This document shows positions 29,131 through 38,397 of a stretch of DNA of 61,227 nucleotides, in pieces. Source of the DNA: an uncultured Thermoplasmatales archaeon. Its GTDB lineage: Archaea; Thermoplasmatota; E2; UBA202; DSCA01. The stretch spans positions 1 to 61,227 of the forward strand of contig CAZSHJ010000004.1 of the NCBI GenBank assembly GCA_964606745.1. The letters are read 5' to 3'. Each line of letters begins with the position of its first letter. Positions within the stretch are counted from its first letter, which is position 1. The position numbers and the translations under genes were made by a program. A model generated the notes under the pieces. The model was not told the DNA's origin. It saw only the letters and a program-made list of their open reading frames with translations, and searched no databases.

Positions 29131-30303
29131 ATGACTAGAGAGATAGTATCTATCAACATAGACAAATTGGATGTTGATAAATGCAATATAAGACAGGGCA
29201 TATGGGATGCTGATACAGAGTTAATAAACTCAATAAAGCAACAGGGAATAATCGAGCCATTGATTGTTAGACCTCTTTTAGGGGACAGCGGTGAGATAGC
29301 TTATGGTATAGTTTGTGGAAGTCGTAGGTATAATGCTGCAATAGAAGCAGATCTAAAGGAGGTTCCTTGTATAATTAAAGAATCAGACGACAGACAAGCC
29401 AGAGACTTATCAATGACTGAAAATCGACAGAGAAAAGATACCCCCGTATGGATGGATATTGAGTGGATCGGACTCAACTACAAAGATTATCTAAGTGAAG
29501 GTTTTATCCCTAATGAAGCAATTGATAAGTTAGAAAGTACGGGTTTTTCTCCTCAGACTAGGGAAAGATATGTAAGAATTTTTCAACTACCCATCGAAAT
29601 AAAGGGGTTGTTGAGGGAACTGTCGGACAGAACTATATATCAGAAAGAGTATATTATGCGAGTTACATCAAAAAATATTAACAATACACTTAGTTTAGGA
29701 AATGCCGATCATCTTGTCAGAATTATGGACAAATATGATGTTGAGAAGTTAATGGAAATAGCTATTTTTTTTATTAATATAAAAGAAGAAATTGCTGATA
29801 AAATAACAAATGAGTTAGCCTTGCACCCGGAAAAATCTGTAAATGAAATTTATAGAAAAATATCAAAAAAAGAGTATAGTGTAAATGAGAAAATTATTAA
29901 ATTTGATTGGGAAGTTTGGAAAGCAATAGAAGACATATGTATGGACAAGCAAATGCATGTTGACAAATTTCTAACAAATACTATAAGAAGGAGATTGGTC
30001 AGAGAGGGCTATCTAAAATCTGAAAAAGTTATCGTAGACGATATTACCGAACGCTCAGATAAGGAAAATAAAATTGATGTTAGAGCTACCAAAAGTAGAC
30101 TCCAAAAATTTGGATATAAATTTGTTAAACAAGAGGGAGATATCACTACTTTGAGATGCCCAACAAAAGATGGGTATGGATGTTTTTTCAGAGCGTATAA
30201 TAGTGGGAGAATATCTATAATCACAATAGAAAATCCTTCATCATATGAAAATCCGAGGAAAAGACTAATGGAAGAAAAGAACAGATTAAAAACAAAAAAA
30301 TGA
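29131..30303 (+). CDS. ParB/Spo0J-family protein 2 (paralog with extra C-terminal domain)
   Basis: ELINSIKQQGIIEPLIVRP, VCGSRRYNAA, TENRQRKDT; shares LHPEK and the RHH-like segment with ParB1, then about 90 extra aa. Confidence 0.85.
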   Translation: MTREIVSINIDKLDVDKCNIRQGIWDADTELINSIKQQGIIEPLIVRPLLGDSGEIAYGIVCGSRRYNAAIEADLKEVPCIIKESDDRQARDLSMTENRQRKDTPVWMDIEWIGLNYKDYLSEGFIPNEAIDKLESTGFSPQTRERYVRIFQLPIEIKGLLRELSDRTIYQKEYIMRVTSKNINNTLSLGNADHLVRIMDKYDVEKLMEIAIFFINIKEEIADKITNELALHPEKSVNEIYRKISKKEYSVNEKIIKFDWEVWKAIEDICMDKQMHVDKFLTNTIRRRLVREGYLKSEKVIVDDITERSDKENKIDVRATKSRLQKFGYKFVKQEGDITTLRCPTKDGYGCFFRAYNSGRISIITIENPSSYENPRKRLMEEKNRLKTKK

Positions 30304-30367
30304 GTTTAGATATATATTTACAAAAACATTAAAAAGGCAATAAAATTACAGTACAAAGAGTAAAAAT

Positions 30368-30601
30368 ATGATGGATGATAAAATGATAGAAATCAAAGAT
30401 GGTAAATTTTACATATTGGATAGCGAGAATGGTAAATGGATTTTTGTAACAGAAGACGAAGCAATAAAAAAATTGAAGGATACTGCAAAAAAGAGTGACC
30501 CAGAAAAGACGAGGGTTATTGAAGTTGATATCAGTGACGATGAATGGTCAATAAAACAAGTTCCATGGTCGAAAATAGCGATGAAACTAATCGGGGAGTG
30601 A
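30368..30601 (+). CDS. Small hypothetical protein
   Basis: 77 aa, KFYILD...WSIKQVPWSKIA; co-oriented with the module. Confidence 0.7.
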   Translation: MMDDKMIEIKDGKFYILDSENGKWIFVTEDEAIKKLKDTAKKSDPEKTRVIEVDISDDEWSIKQVPWSKIAMKLIGE

Positions 30602-30606
30602 TAAAA

Positions 30607-30840
30607 ATGGAAAGAGAACAAATAAACAAATTGAGTGATTATCTAAAACAAATGGATGAGATACTTGAAAAAATTTTGCACGCACAATTTAGGATACAAA
30701 ATAAAAAATGGCTTCAAGCAATAACAAAAATTGAAGATGGATTTCAACAAACAGTAGGTTATATCGCAGATGTTAAAGGTATTGAAATAAAATCTAAAAT
30801 TATGACAAATGAAGATATTAACAAAATATTGGAGGGATAA
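30607..30840 (+). CDS. Small helical hypothetical protein
   Basis: ATG 30607 after GGGGAGTGA; 77 aa amphipathic helices. Confidence 0.6.
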   Translation: MEREQINKLSDYLKQMDEILEKILHAQFRIQNKKWLQAITKIEDGFQQTVGYIADVKGIEIKSKIMTNEDINKILEG

Positions 30841-31139
30841 AAACGGTAGATACAGATTAGGCTTCATCATATAAAAGCCTAATTATTTTTGGTAATTGTT
30901 TACCTTTCTGAAGCAAAGATTCGAAAAATAGAGAAATACGCTCCCCCCCCCCATATTCAAACTAATAGAATGGATTTTAGGACTTTCTTGAGGAAATCAG
31001 CAATAAAAAGCCTCCATTCAAAAATTCTGTGTCCAGAATTATTATATTTGGAAGTTATGCATAGGCCATAGCATATATTTTTAGGAATATCACGTATGGG
31101 TTAAGTTTATATACAACCGTTCTGCATATTTTTTATTTA

Positions 31140-31721
31140 ATGACAGATTTTCTTATAACAGAAGTCATTCAAAATATTAGAAAAGAAGTGAAGGAAGGCA
31201 AAACTAAATTGCAAATATCAAAGGAGTTAGGAATAAATTATGGTATGGTGAGAAAATACGCTAAGGATACCAAACGAAGGAGGGTCTACACTGCACAGGA
31301 TATTCAGCATATAAGGGACTTGGTTAAAAAGACCGATAACAAAGCCGAAGTGGCCAGACAAATGAATATATCCCATGATACTGTGCTAAAGTATACATTG
31401 GATATCAAGGTCCGAAACAAGACCTTCGGAGAGAAAACTTGGGATATATTGAGAGAGATTATGGAAAAAGGGTATGTCTACCTCAACAACGGAAAGACAA
31501 CCAAGGTTTACATGCTGAGGAAACATTTTCCATCTATACAGATGGCACGGGTAAAAGGGAGGTCTATTGCATTTCTTCCAGACAGGAAGGAGGAGGCTAT
31601 GAGAGCGATGCTGCAGAAATTCGATAAGAAGGTTTGGAGCTATCAGGAGCTAAAAAGTGTGACGAAGTTGTTTGATAGCGATTTAAATAGGAAAGAGAAA
31701 AAGAAATTCATTGAGAAATAA
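31140..31721 (+). CDS. Tandem helix-turn-helix protein
   Basis: Two HTH-like repeats (TKLQISKELGINYGMVRKY; NKAEVARQMNISHDTVLKY) followed by a wHTH-like region. Confidence 0.7.
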   Translation: MTDFLITEVIQNIRKEVKEGKTKLQISKELGINYGMVRKYAKDTKRRRVYTAQDIQHIRDLVKKTDNKAEVARQMNISHDTVLKYTLDIKVRNKTFGEKTWDILREIMEKGYVYLNNGKTTKVYMLRKHFPSIQMARVKGRSIAFLPDRKEEAMRAMLQKFDKKVWSYQELKSVTKLFDSDLNRKEKKKFIEK

Positions 31722-31814
31722 AATGAATTACATAAGATGACTTGAAGCATATAAAGAGGATGCAATGAAGGAGAGATTGAAATCCCTCGGCTTAATTCAG
31801 CTAAAAGCTTAATA

Positions 31815-32015
31815 TTAGTTTAGGAGGATTAGACCCACTAGTTGTAACAAGATTCCAGCCGATATTAATATGCCGGCAATCCAATAAAAAACCCCCCTGA
31901 ATGTGTTTAATCTTCTTATTGTAGGAAACTTATCCTTAACGCAACTCCACAACAGAATTACTGCAGACCCAATAGAAAAAACTGTTACACCTACAGGAAA
32001 TATGAGGTCATTCAT
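31815..32015 (-). CDS. Small two-TM membrane protein
   Basis: 66 aa with two hydrophobic segments; overlaps the upstream gene by 8 nt. Confidence 0.55.
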   Translation of the reverse strand: MNDLIFPVGVTVFSIGSAVILLWSCVKDKFPTIRRLNTFRGVFYWIAGILISAGILLQLVGLILLN

Positions 32016-32868
32016 TATCTTCTCTCCCTAAAACATCACGATACATAATCGTATCTATAATAGTATTTTTAATGGTGTTATAAAATTTTTCTTTTTCTAT
32101 ATTATCAATCCATATCTCTCTTAGCTGATATTCATTAAGTAGAATTTGTGCTTTTTCATTTATCCCAACTTCCAAGAGCTGGGATAACCTAAGCTGATAA
32201 GTTTTTAGTAAGGCCTTTGCATTATTGATACTCTCATACCCCGCCAGTGTATGAGGGTTTAGCCAGAAAGTTCCTTGGGCCACCCAATCTATAAGGGCGC
32301 CCATTATAGCATCATCTTCCTTCTTATCGCTATTTGAATACTCTTGCATAGGCCATATCTCCCGCATAATAGAAATGTTTTGGCAATCAGGAAATTTGGA
32401 CCCCATGAGAGTTTCTAATTTATTTAGCAATCCAAAGTTCCACAATGGCTTGTACATCATTGTATAGAAAAGATTCTTTTCCTTGTTAGTGAGATTTGGG
32501 GGTACATCCACGCTCCACTTCAACACACCTGAAGCTTTAAGCTCGATTTTGCCGTACCTAATAATATCATACAACTGGGCAACCCTGTTGGTATATGGTG
32601 TGGTTACCCCTCCATAATCACTAGTTGTATCCCATATAAAAGAAACCCGCCCTTTTGAGTAATGTTTTTTCTCTTTTGTACTCAAAACTTTATAAACTGC
32701 ATTTTCGTTTTTCCCGTTTTCTACAAAGCTATTCCATATATCGGTTAATTCCTGCGGGGACAACGGATGTGGTAGTACATATATATGTGATAAGTTTTCT
32801 TTTTTCATAAATTTCTCTGTATTAAACACTGATTTTAGGAGTGTATTTTTCCATCCATATGGGGGCAT
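32008..32868 (-). CDS. Hypothetical protein
   Basis: 286-aa ORF coupled to its neighbours; no motif recognised. Confidence 0.65.
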   Translation of the reverse strand: MPPYGWKNTLLKSVFNTEKFMKKENLSHIYVLPHPLSPQELTDIWNSFVENGKNENAVYKVLSTKEKKHYSKGRVSFIWDTTSDYGGVTTPYTNRVAQLYDIIRYGKIELKASGVLKWSVDVPPNLTNKEKNLFYTMMYKPLWNFGLLNKLETLMGSKFPDCQNISIMREIWPMQEYSNSDKKEDDAIMGALIDWVAQGTFWLNPHTLAGYESINNAKALLKTYQLRLSQLLEVGINEKAQILLNEYQLREIWIDNIEKEKFYNTIKNTIIDTIMYRDVLGREDNE

Positions 32869-33289
32869 ATTTATTTAATAAGTCTCGAGATGTGATTTGT
32901 AAATCAGATAAATCTCTAGCGACCTTTTTAATTGCATCCATTTTTGGTGAATCTAACTGCCGTTTAGTTATCTCGGCCAAGAGCATACCTTTATCGGTTA
33001 ATTCAATCCAATAGTGGGCTGTACGCATACCCTCCTCTTTCACCCTATACCGTTTTATTAATCCTACAAATTGTAGGGAAAGCATATCCTTTAATAATTT
33101 TCTATCGTTCACTCCCTCATAGCATAATTCACTAAACTCATATCCAACAATTTTTTCTGATGCTTGATTGTCTAGAGAATGCTCTGAGAGGGCGTATATG
33201 CCCAGCTTAAGCCGTTTCCACTGGTAGACTCTATTATCCCTAGCCTCAGACAAGATAACACAAATCATACCCCAATCCATTTCAGCCAT
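32822..33289 (-). CDS. Winged-helix protein, Panacea/SocA (DUF4065)- or YwgA-like
   Basis: YQWKRLKLGIY...YEF..LCYEG...LLKDMLSLQFVGLI...ELTDKG pattern. Confidence 0.5.
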   Translation of the reverse strand: MAEMDWGMICVILSEARDNRVYQWKRLKLGIYALSEHSLDNQASEKIVGYEFSELCYEGVNDRKLLKDMLSLQFVGLIKRYRVKEEGMRTAHYWIELTDKGMLLAEITKRQLDSPKMDAIKKVARDLSDLQITSRDLLNKYAPIWMEKYTPKISV

Positions 33290-33766
33290 TTTATCTACCC
33301 AATTCTAATCCAATCATTTCACGGCATATATCCTTCTATTCTTTTTAAAAGTTTCGTTATTACTGGTGAACTATAGTTAAATAAACATTGACTGATATAT
33401 CTATTATACTTTCTCATATGTCTACTTAGAAGCATCAAAACACGTAGATGACTGAAGTAAAGTTCTTTATGATACATATGTGTCGTTATATTGAATGGAA
33501 TGGGACTACAAAAACCTATCGGCACGGACTTCTTTAGCTATGAAATGTGCTGTGCCGCATAAATGGAATTTTCTTGGTTATTATTAAATTAAATGCTACT
33601 AACTAATATAGATATATATCATATATTCTTTCAATATTCGTTGGAAAAGGAGTTATTCAACACAGCAATGAAATGTAAATGATAAAAACGCCGGTCACCA
33701 CGTGAATATATTTGTGTGTACCTACAAAAAACAACAACATTTTTAATCACAAGCAAGTTTAGTATT

Positions 33767-34384
33767 ATGGCAAATGGTCATTCGCTCTTGCATAATCAAA
33801 TTATAAAGCAGTTATTTAGTAAGGAAATACGAGAGACAGTGGATTGCTGTCATATATTGTATAGACAAGGGTACGTATACGGTGGGCAGGGAAATGTTAG
33901 CCACAGGATTGAAGACGATAAATTTTTAATCACGCCATCAGGATATTCCCTGAGAGATATCACCCCTGACAATCTATGTTTAGTAAACTTTGATGGAAAT
34001 AATATTAGCGGGAATGCATTAACACCTTCCTCAGAATATTTAATGCATCTTGGGATTTACAAACAAAGAGGAGATGTCAATGCAATTATACACACTCACC
34101 CTTTAGAAGTAGTTTTATATTTTAACCATGAAGATAAACATTTATCTCTGCCTAATGGGGAGTATATAAAAAAAGATACTAAAAAAATATCCTATATTCC
34201 TCCCGGCTCAGATGAACTAGCAAAAGAAGTGGCTAACCAAAGTACAAAAACGGATTCCATAATACTCTGCAAACACGGTCTAGTTACGATGGGGGAAAAT
34301 ATAAGAAAAGCGGCTGACCTGACCGGAATCATTGTTTATTACAGTAAATATGAAGTAATGAATGAATTATGGAATAAGTTGTAG
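33767..34384 (+). CDS. Class II aldolase/adducin-family protein
   Basis: GNVSHR, ITPSG, PSSEYLMH, IIHTHP, CKHGLV. Confidence 0.88.
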   Translation: MANGHSLLHNQIIKQLFSKEIRETVDCCHILYRQGYVYGGQGNVSHRIEDDKFLITPSGYSLRDITPDNLCLVNFDGNNISGNALTPSSEYLMHLGIYKQRGDVNAIIHTHPLEVVLYFNHEDKHLSLPNGEYIKKDTKKISYIPPGSDELAKEVANQSTKTDSIILCKHGLVTMGENIRKAADLTGIIVYYSKYEVMNELWNKL

Positions 34385-34394
34385 GTTATTTTTT

Positions 34395-34424
34395 CATTCC
34401 TTGGCATTTTTTGACATTCGGAAC
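34395..34424. mobile_element. Internal degenerate copy of the transposon right end
   Basis: CATTCCTTGGCATTTTTTGACATTCGGAAC versus CATTCCTTGGCGTTTTTTAGCATTCGGAAC at 38186-38215; terminal TACTG is missing. Confidence 0.8.
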
Positions 34425-34469
34425 ATTAGGAATAACTGGTGATGCACTTAACTTTATAGATATATTAGC

Positions 34470-35753
34470 CTATGATTCTTTACTGCCTAGGGCAATGACG
34501 CCATCCCAGTATGAACCGAACAGGATGCGGTTGTCCTCGGGATTGTCGTTTTTGGTGAGGATGGTGAATTGGCCTCCCGCATAGTTCCAACCGTTCATGG
34601 GAAACTGCCACAGAATGGAGTTGTTCGCGGTGAGGTCGAGTGCGGTGATATATTGTCGGGGGAAGAGGCTTGCGGCGGAGATGAGCATAACGGGGTGGGA
34701 GAAATCGCAGATTGTCATGCAGGAGAGGGGTTTGTAGCCCAGTAAGACTCCGCTGGGGACAAGTTTATCAATCCTGATTTCCTCGATTTGCCGGATGGTG
34801 TGGTCTTCCTTGACGAAATGGATGAGTCGACTACCCCGGTAGTCCTCGTACCAAAACCCGAGGCGTGGGTCCTTGGAGAAGGAGAACATGGTGATGTATG
34901 GATATGGCAGAGAAATGGTGGTATAGTGTTCGCCCAAGTCGGTTACGGCATAGATGTGTGGTTTTTTTGAAAACCCCGACAGGTAGCCGTCAAAGTAAAC
35001 GGTGTTGTCGATTAACAGGGGACTGGCCTGACTATGACCGGTAAAAGGAAAATACCATGCCTCGGCTAACGTCTCGTCAGCCTGCCGATTCACGTCGACC
35101 GCGTAGAGTCGCCCCTCGAGGTTTTTCCTTAATTTCCCTTTAGCAGGCCTGAACTCGGTGGAGATATAGATCCGGTGGCCATGCGCACATGCCGAATTAA
35201 TGGTGGAAAAATACCCTGCCTCATGTTCCCCGAGTTCACGGCTGCCTAAAAATGTGCCATCTTGTGCATCAAAAGCATAAACGGGGCCAGTGGTGGGAAG
35301 GACAATGGTCTTATTTTCGACAAGGGTGGGGCTAAATGGAATGATGATGGCCCCTTGTTTGTTGGGTATATCGGTTTGCCATACAATCTCAGTTTGATTG
35401 TTGTTAACATCAACCTCGACCATGAGGATGGTTTTGTTGTCACAGGCGATGACCCTATTGTCGATGCTCACCATGGGTGTCGAGGAGACAGCAATCTGGT
35501 TCAGAAGGGACTTTGAGTTCCACAGGCGATGACCATCATAATCATAAATAACCAGAGTATCCTTCCTGCCATGAAAGGTACATGCCGCAATGGTACCATT
35601 GCCAGCAATCCCATTGCCCTTCGCCCCCTTCTTTTCACCTTGTAAATCGTTTCTGTGCCATTTTATCTCAACGTCGCGTCTGGGCACCGGAAGATCGATG
35701 CTGTCGCTCATATGAGGATCACTGTGAACCATCGCACCTCCCCACTTCGGCAA
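34470..35753 (-). CDS. PQQ/BamB-like beta-propeller protein
   Basis: Repeated SSTP/SPTL/ASP blades, LYAVD, W-terminated blades; likely start ATG 35732; visibly GC-richer than neighbours. Confidence 0.7.
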   Translation of the reverse strand: MPKWGGAMVHSDPHMSDSIDLPVPRRDVEIKWHRNDLQGEKKGAKGNGIAGNGTIAACTFHGRKDTLVIYDYDGHRLWNSKSLLNQIAVSSTPMVSIDNRVIACDNKTILMVEVDVNNNQTEIVWQTDIPNKQGAIIIPFSPTLVENKTIVLPTTGPVYAFDAQDGTFLGSRELGEHEAGYFSTINSACAHGHRIYISTEFRPAKGKLRKNLEGRLYAVDVNRQADETLAEAWYFPFTGHSQASPLLIDNTVYFDGYLSGFSKKPHIYAVTDLGEHYTTISLPYPYITMFSFSKDPRLGFWYEDYRGSRLIHFVKEDHTIRQIEEIRIDKLVPSGVLLGYKPLSCMTICDFSHPVMLISAASLFPRQYITALDLTANNSILWQFPMNGWNYAGGQFTILTKNDNPEDNRILFGSYWDGVIALGSKES

Positions 35754-35803
35754 AACAAAAGATATTTTTTCACCCCCTATTTGACATTATTTGCATTTTG
35801 TCC

Positions 35804-36829
35804 TCACCTTTTTGGGGTGTTTTTATTCTCCCTCAACATCTTCAGAATGTTAAGTTCCCGCCGCCATATTACCCGTACCGCAAGGGCACACAGTGCAACA
35901 GTCAACACAATAGTGGCAATCAGACTTGCTATGCCTCCGATGGAATTTGATAAGCCAAGCTTTACCCTTGTCCCCCATGGTAGCTCCACGGAGCGTAGCG
36001 TCGTGGTATCGACTTTAACTTTTTGATCATTTATAAATGCAAAAAGTATTGCTTGGATGTAAAATGATGCTTTATTGTTTGCTTTTGGTATCTCACAGTC
36101 TATGGTGAAATTTTTCTCTTTGCCTGGTTTCAGTACTTCGTTATTTTTGGTTTTGCCGATTTCTTCACTTAGTGTCCCCATGCCTTCTATGCCAGGTATA
36201 CCAAGCGAGGACGGCTTTACCATATCTATTCTAATGCATATAGTCACTGAAATATCACCATAATTTTTAACTGTGACCTCTGTCTTGATGGTTTTTTCTT
36301 TGATGGCAGAAATTTTAAAATCAGTTATGCGGATTTTCATATCCTCAATAATTTCTTCTAAGGAAAAATCTGATATTTCTATCCCCTGAGGGGTTGATTT
36401 ATCAGAGACAAATAATCTGGGACCAATTTTAATGAACACGGTAGCAACGATACCATAACTCTTATACCATTCAACATCTGATTCACCTACTGTACATGAG
36501 ATAGTTAATTCCGTTTCTCCTTTTCTAATTCTTTCATACATACTACTGCTTCCAATTTCTTTTCTTACTAAGCCCGTTAGACTATCAACTAAATCAATTC
36601 GGACATATACATTTTTTAAAAACCAGCCATCATTTTTCAAGGTAACTGTCACATTGAAACTTTCATCTAAATTTATAGAAACCTCGGGATTCTCTGGTTT
36701 TACATCAAGGATTTTGACTTTTCCTTTGATAAAATCAAAGTTTGCACCGTCTGCAATCCCCATACTAGAAAACAGTACACACCCAACTACAAGCACGATT
36801 AATACCTCACGAACCATGAAAGTAATCAT
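35804..36829 (-). CDS. Membrane-anchored exported protein with two Ig-like repeats
   Basis: Signal peptide; two beta-rich repeats (VTVTLKN / TEVTVKN); C-terminal TM with basic tail. Confidence 0.7.
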   Translation of the reverse strand: MITFMVREVLIVLVVGCVLFSSMGIADGANFDFIKGKVKILDVKPENPEVSINLDESFNVTVTLKNDGWFLKNVYVRIDLVDSLTGLVRKEIGSSSMYERIRKGETELTISCTVGESDVEWYKSYGIVATVFIKIGPRLFVSDKSTPQGIEISDFSLEEIIEDMKIRITDFKISAIKEKTIKTEVTVKNYGDISVTICIRIDMVKPSSLGIPGIEGMGTLSEEIGKTKNNEVLKPGKEKNFTIDCEIPKANNKASFYIQAILFAFINDQKVKVDTTTLRSVELPWGTRVKLGLSNSIGGIASLIATIVLTVALCALAVRVIWRRELNILKMLRENKNTPKR

Positions 36830-36845
36830 TTTTAATTATTTATTG

Positions 36846-38003
36846 TTATCTGCCTTGGGGGGGGAATGTGTAGTGCCGAATGCGAAACGACGAACGACAT
36901 CGACAGGGCTGCCCCCGGGTCCAAGTAACAGTAAGATTTTGCGTATTGATAATCCAGGCAAAAGCAGAAATATTCGGATGTCTGCAGATGTCACCTTCGT
37001 CAGGAATCCGCTTCCAGTAGCCGCCCTTGTGATCTCGTATAAGGGATTGACAGGTTTCCTCAGACAAATCCCCATCATTACTATGGCAGGTTAACAACTC
37101 CTCCGCTCTATCGTATCTGCGAAATGAGGATGGGTATTCCTCTCTGTTTGCCACCGACCCAGTTTTTTCGGGGTCCAGCCAAACGTGATGATTCGTATGC
37201 CACAGTATCCCTCTTTGACCGCCATCCCTCACAGCAATATAACTATGTGTTTGCTCAATCATAAGAATGCCCCCCTCTATGTCGCACCAAGCAGATGTCT
37301 CAAAATCCCAATGGTAGGGCCACGTTTTTTTCGTAGAAGATGACCTTGTTATTTCCCTCCATAGCGTGCTCACCTCCTCAACGGTTGCACAGTGTATTAT
37401 GGTATAAAGATCCAGCAAATAGGTGGGTATCCCCTCATCAGACGAATCAATATGTTCCGGGTTCTTGGCAAGTACGGTGGCAGCACCAGCAAACCCCAGC
37501 CCTTTTTCATTGAGCAGAGGAACCTCAAAAATCACCGGGATACCAAGATACATATAATCATATGGGGGATTATGGTCTTGGCGGAACTCATGCAGCCGTG
37601 GTTTTCGCGTGAAGAAAAACCGGAAAATTGGCTTCAGCAAATCAAACATGTTCAGATCAAAATTTTGCGTCATATACGTGTGATTGTCCCCAGTTGCAGG
37701 TGCCGTCATTGCCGTTACCGTACAGGCTTTATCCATATACCTACCAAGCACTATCTGCATGGCCATCAGTTTCTGAAGCCCAATATGAGCGCCAATAGAA
37801 ACATTGAAAAGCTCTTGGAAAAAACTAGGGAGATTTTTTTTAAGCAACGCAATCTGTTTATCCACCTCTTCCATCACTTTCTTTTTCCCATATTTACGAA
37901 TGAAAATCCAAAGAATGAGATACAAAAAATGGTAGAACATCATATTTCTTCGGCCTAATAGCTTTGCATAACCTTCGCCAAAAAAATATCTATTTTTCAT
38001 CAT
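36846..38003 (-). CDS. C45 family (Ntn-hydrolase) peptidase/acyltransferase
   Basis: Catalytic ACT, QNFD, LNEKGL, HTNH. Confidence 0.8.
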   Translation of the reverse strand: MMKNRYFFGEGYAKLLGRRNMMFYHFLYLILWIFIRKYGKKKVMEEVDKQIALLKKNLPSFFQELFNVSIGAHIGLQKLMAMQIVLGRYMDKACTVTAMTAPATGDNHTYMTQNFDLNMFDLLKPIFRFFFTRKPRLHEFRQDHNPPYDYMYLGIPVIFEVPLLNEKGLGFAGAATVLAKNPEHIDSSDEGIPTYLLDLYTIIHCATVEEVSTLWREITRSSSTKKTWPYHWDFETSAWCDIEGGILMIEQTHSYIAVRDGGQRGILWHTNHHVWLDPEKTGSVANREEYPSSFRRYDRAEELLTCHSNDGDLSEETCQSLIRDHKGGYWKRIPDEGDICRHPNISAFAWIINTQNLTVTWTRGQPCRCRSSFRIRHYTFPPQGR

Positions 38004-38229
38004 TTATCAAAATATATTTATCATATAAAAAACCAATGAAAATAAATTTGGTACCTCCAATTTCATGAATGTTTTTGCCCATTTATAGCGATAAAAAGGT
38101 AGAGCAGGTATTCCTTGGCATTTTTGTTTGCTAAAACACTCTCTGTTCAAAAATTCTAAACTCAATTCATATCTGTTGGGATGGCCATTCCTTGGCGTTT
38201 TTTAGCATTCGGAACTACTGATGAATGAA

Positions 38230-38280
38230 CAGTAGTTCCGAAAGTAGCTAATTTCGCCAATCATTTTTGCCTGTAAAATA
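38230..38280. mobile_element. Terminal sequence of a second sister element
   Basis: CAGTAGTTCCGAAAGTAGCTAATTTCGCCAATCATTTTTGCCTGTAAA closely matches 25162-25210 and is preceded by ATGAA. Confidence 0.8.
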
Positions 38281-38397
38281 CTAAACCAATTTTTGTTTAT
38301 AAAACTCATACAGCAGATAATCATTGACAAAAACACATTGTATATGGTGGGTTTAAAAGAAAAAAGAAAGAGGATTAGATGTTGAACTTGGTCTCTC

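Larger units (their letters stand above)
25162..38220. mobile_element. 13.06-kb ISH3-like cargo-carrying transposon
   Basis: Left end CAGTAGTTCCGAA (25162-25174) and right end TTCGGAACTACTG (38208-38220) are perfect 13-bp IRs with further imperfect identity (CGCCAA); ATGAA flanks both ends (25157-25161, 38221-38225); one DDE transposase inside. Confidence 0.85.

Noticed and set aside
30955-30969. 15-bp match ATTCAAACTAATAGA to 61033-61047
   Set aside because: One AT-rich 15-mer match is expected by chance in 61 kb and the similarity does not extend.
33319-33525. 68-aa minus-strand ORF inside the transposon
   Set aside because: No motif or RBS, lies in AT-rich intergenic DNA, likely spurious.
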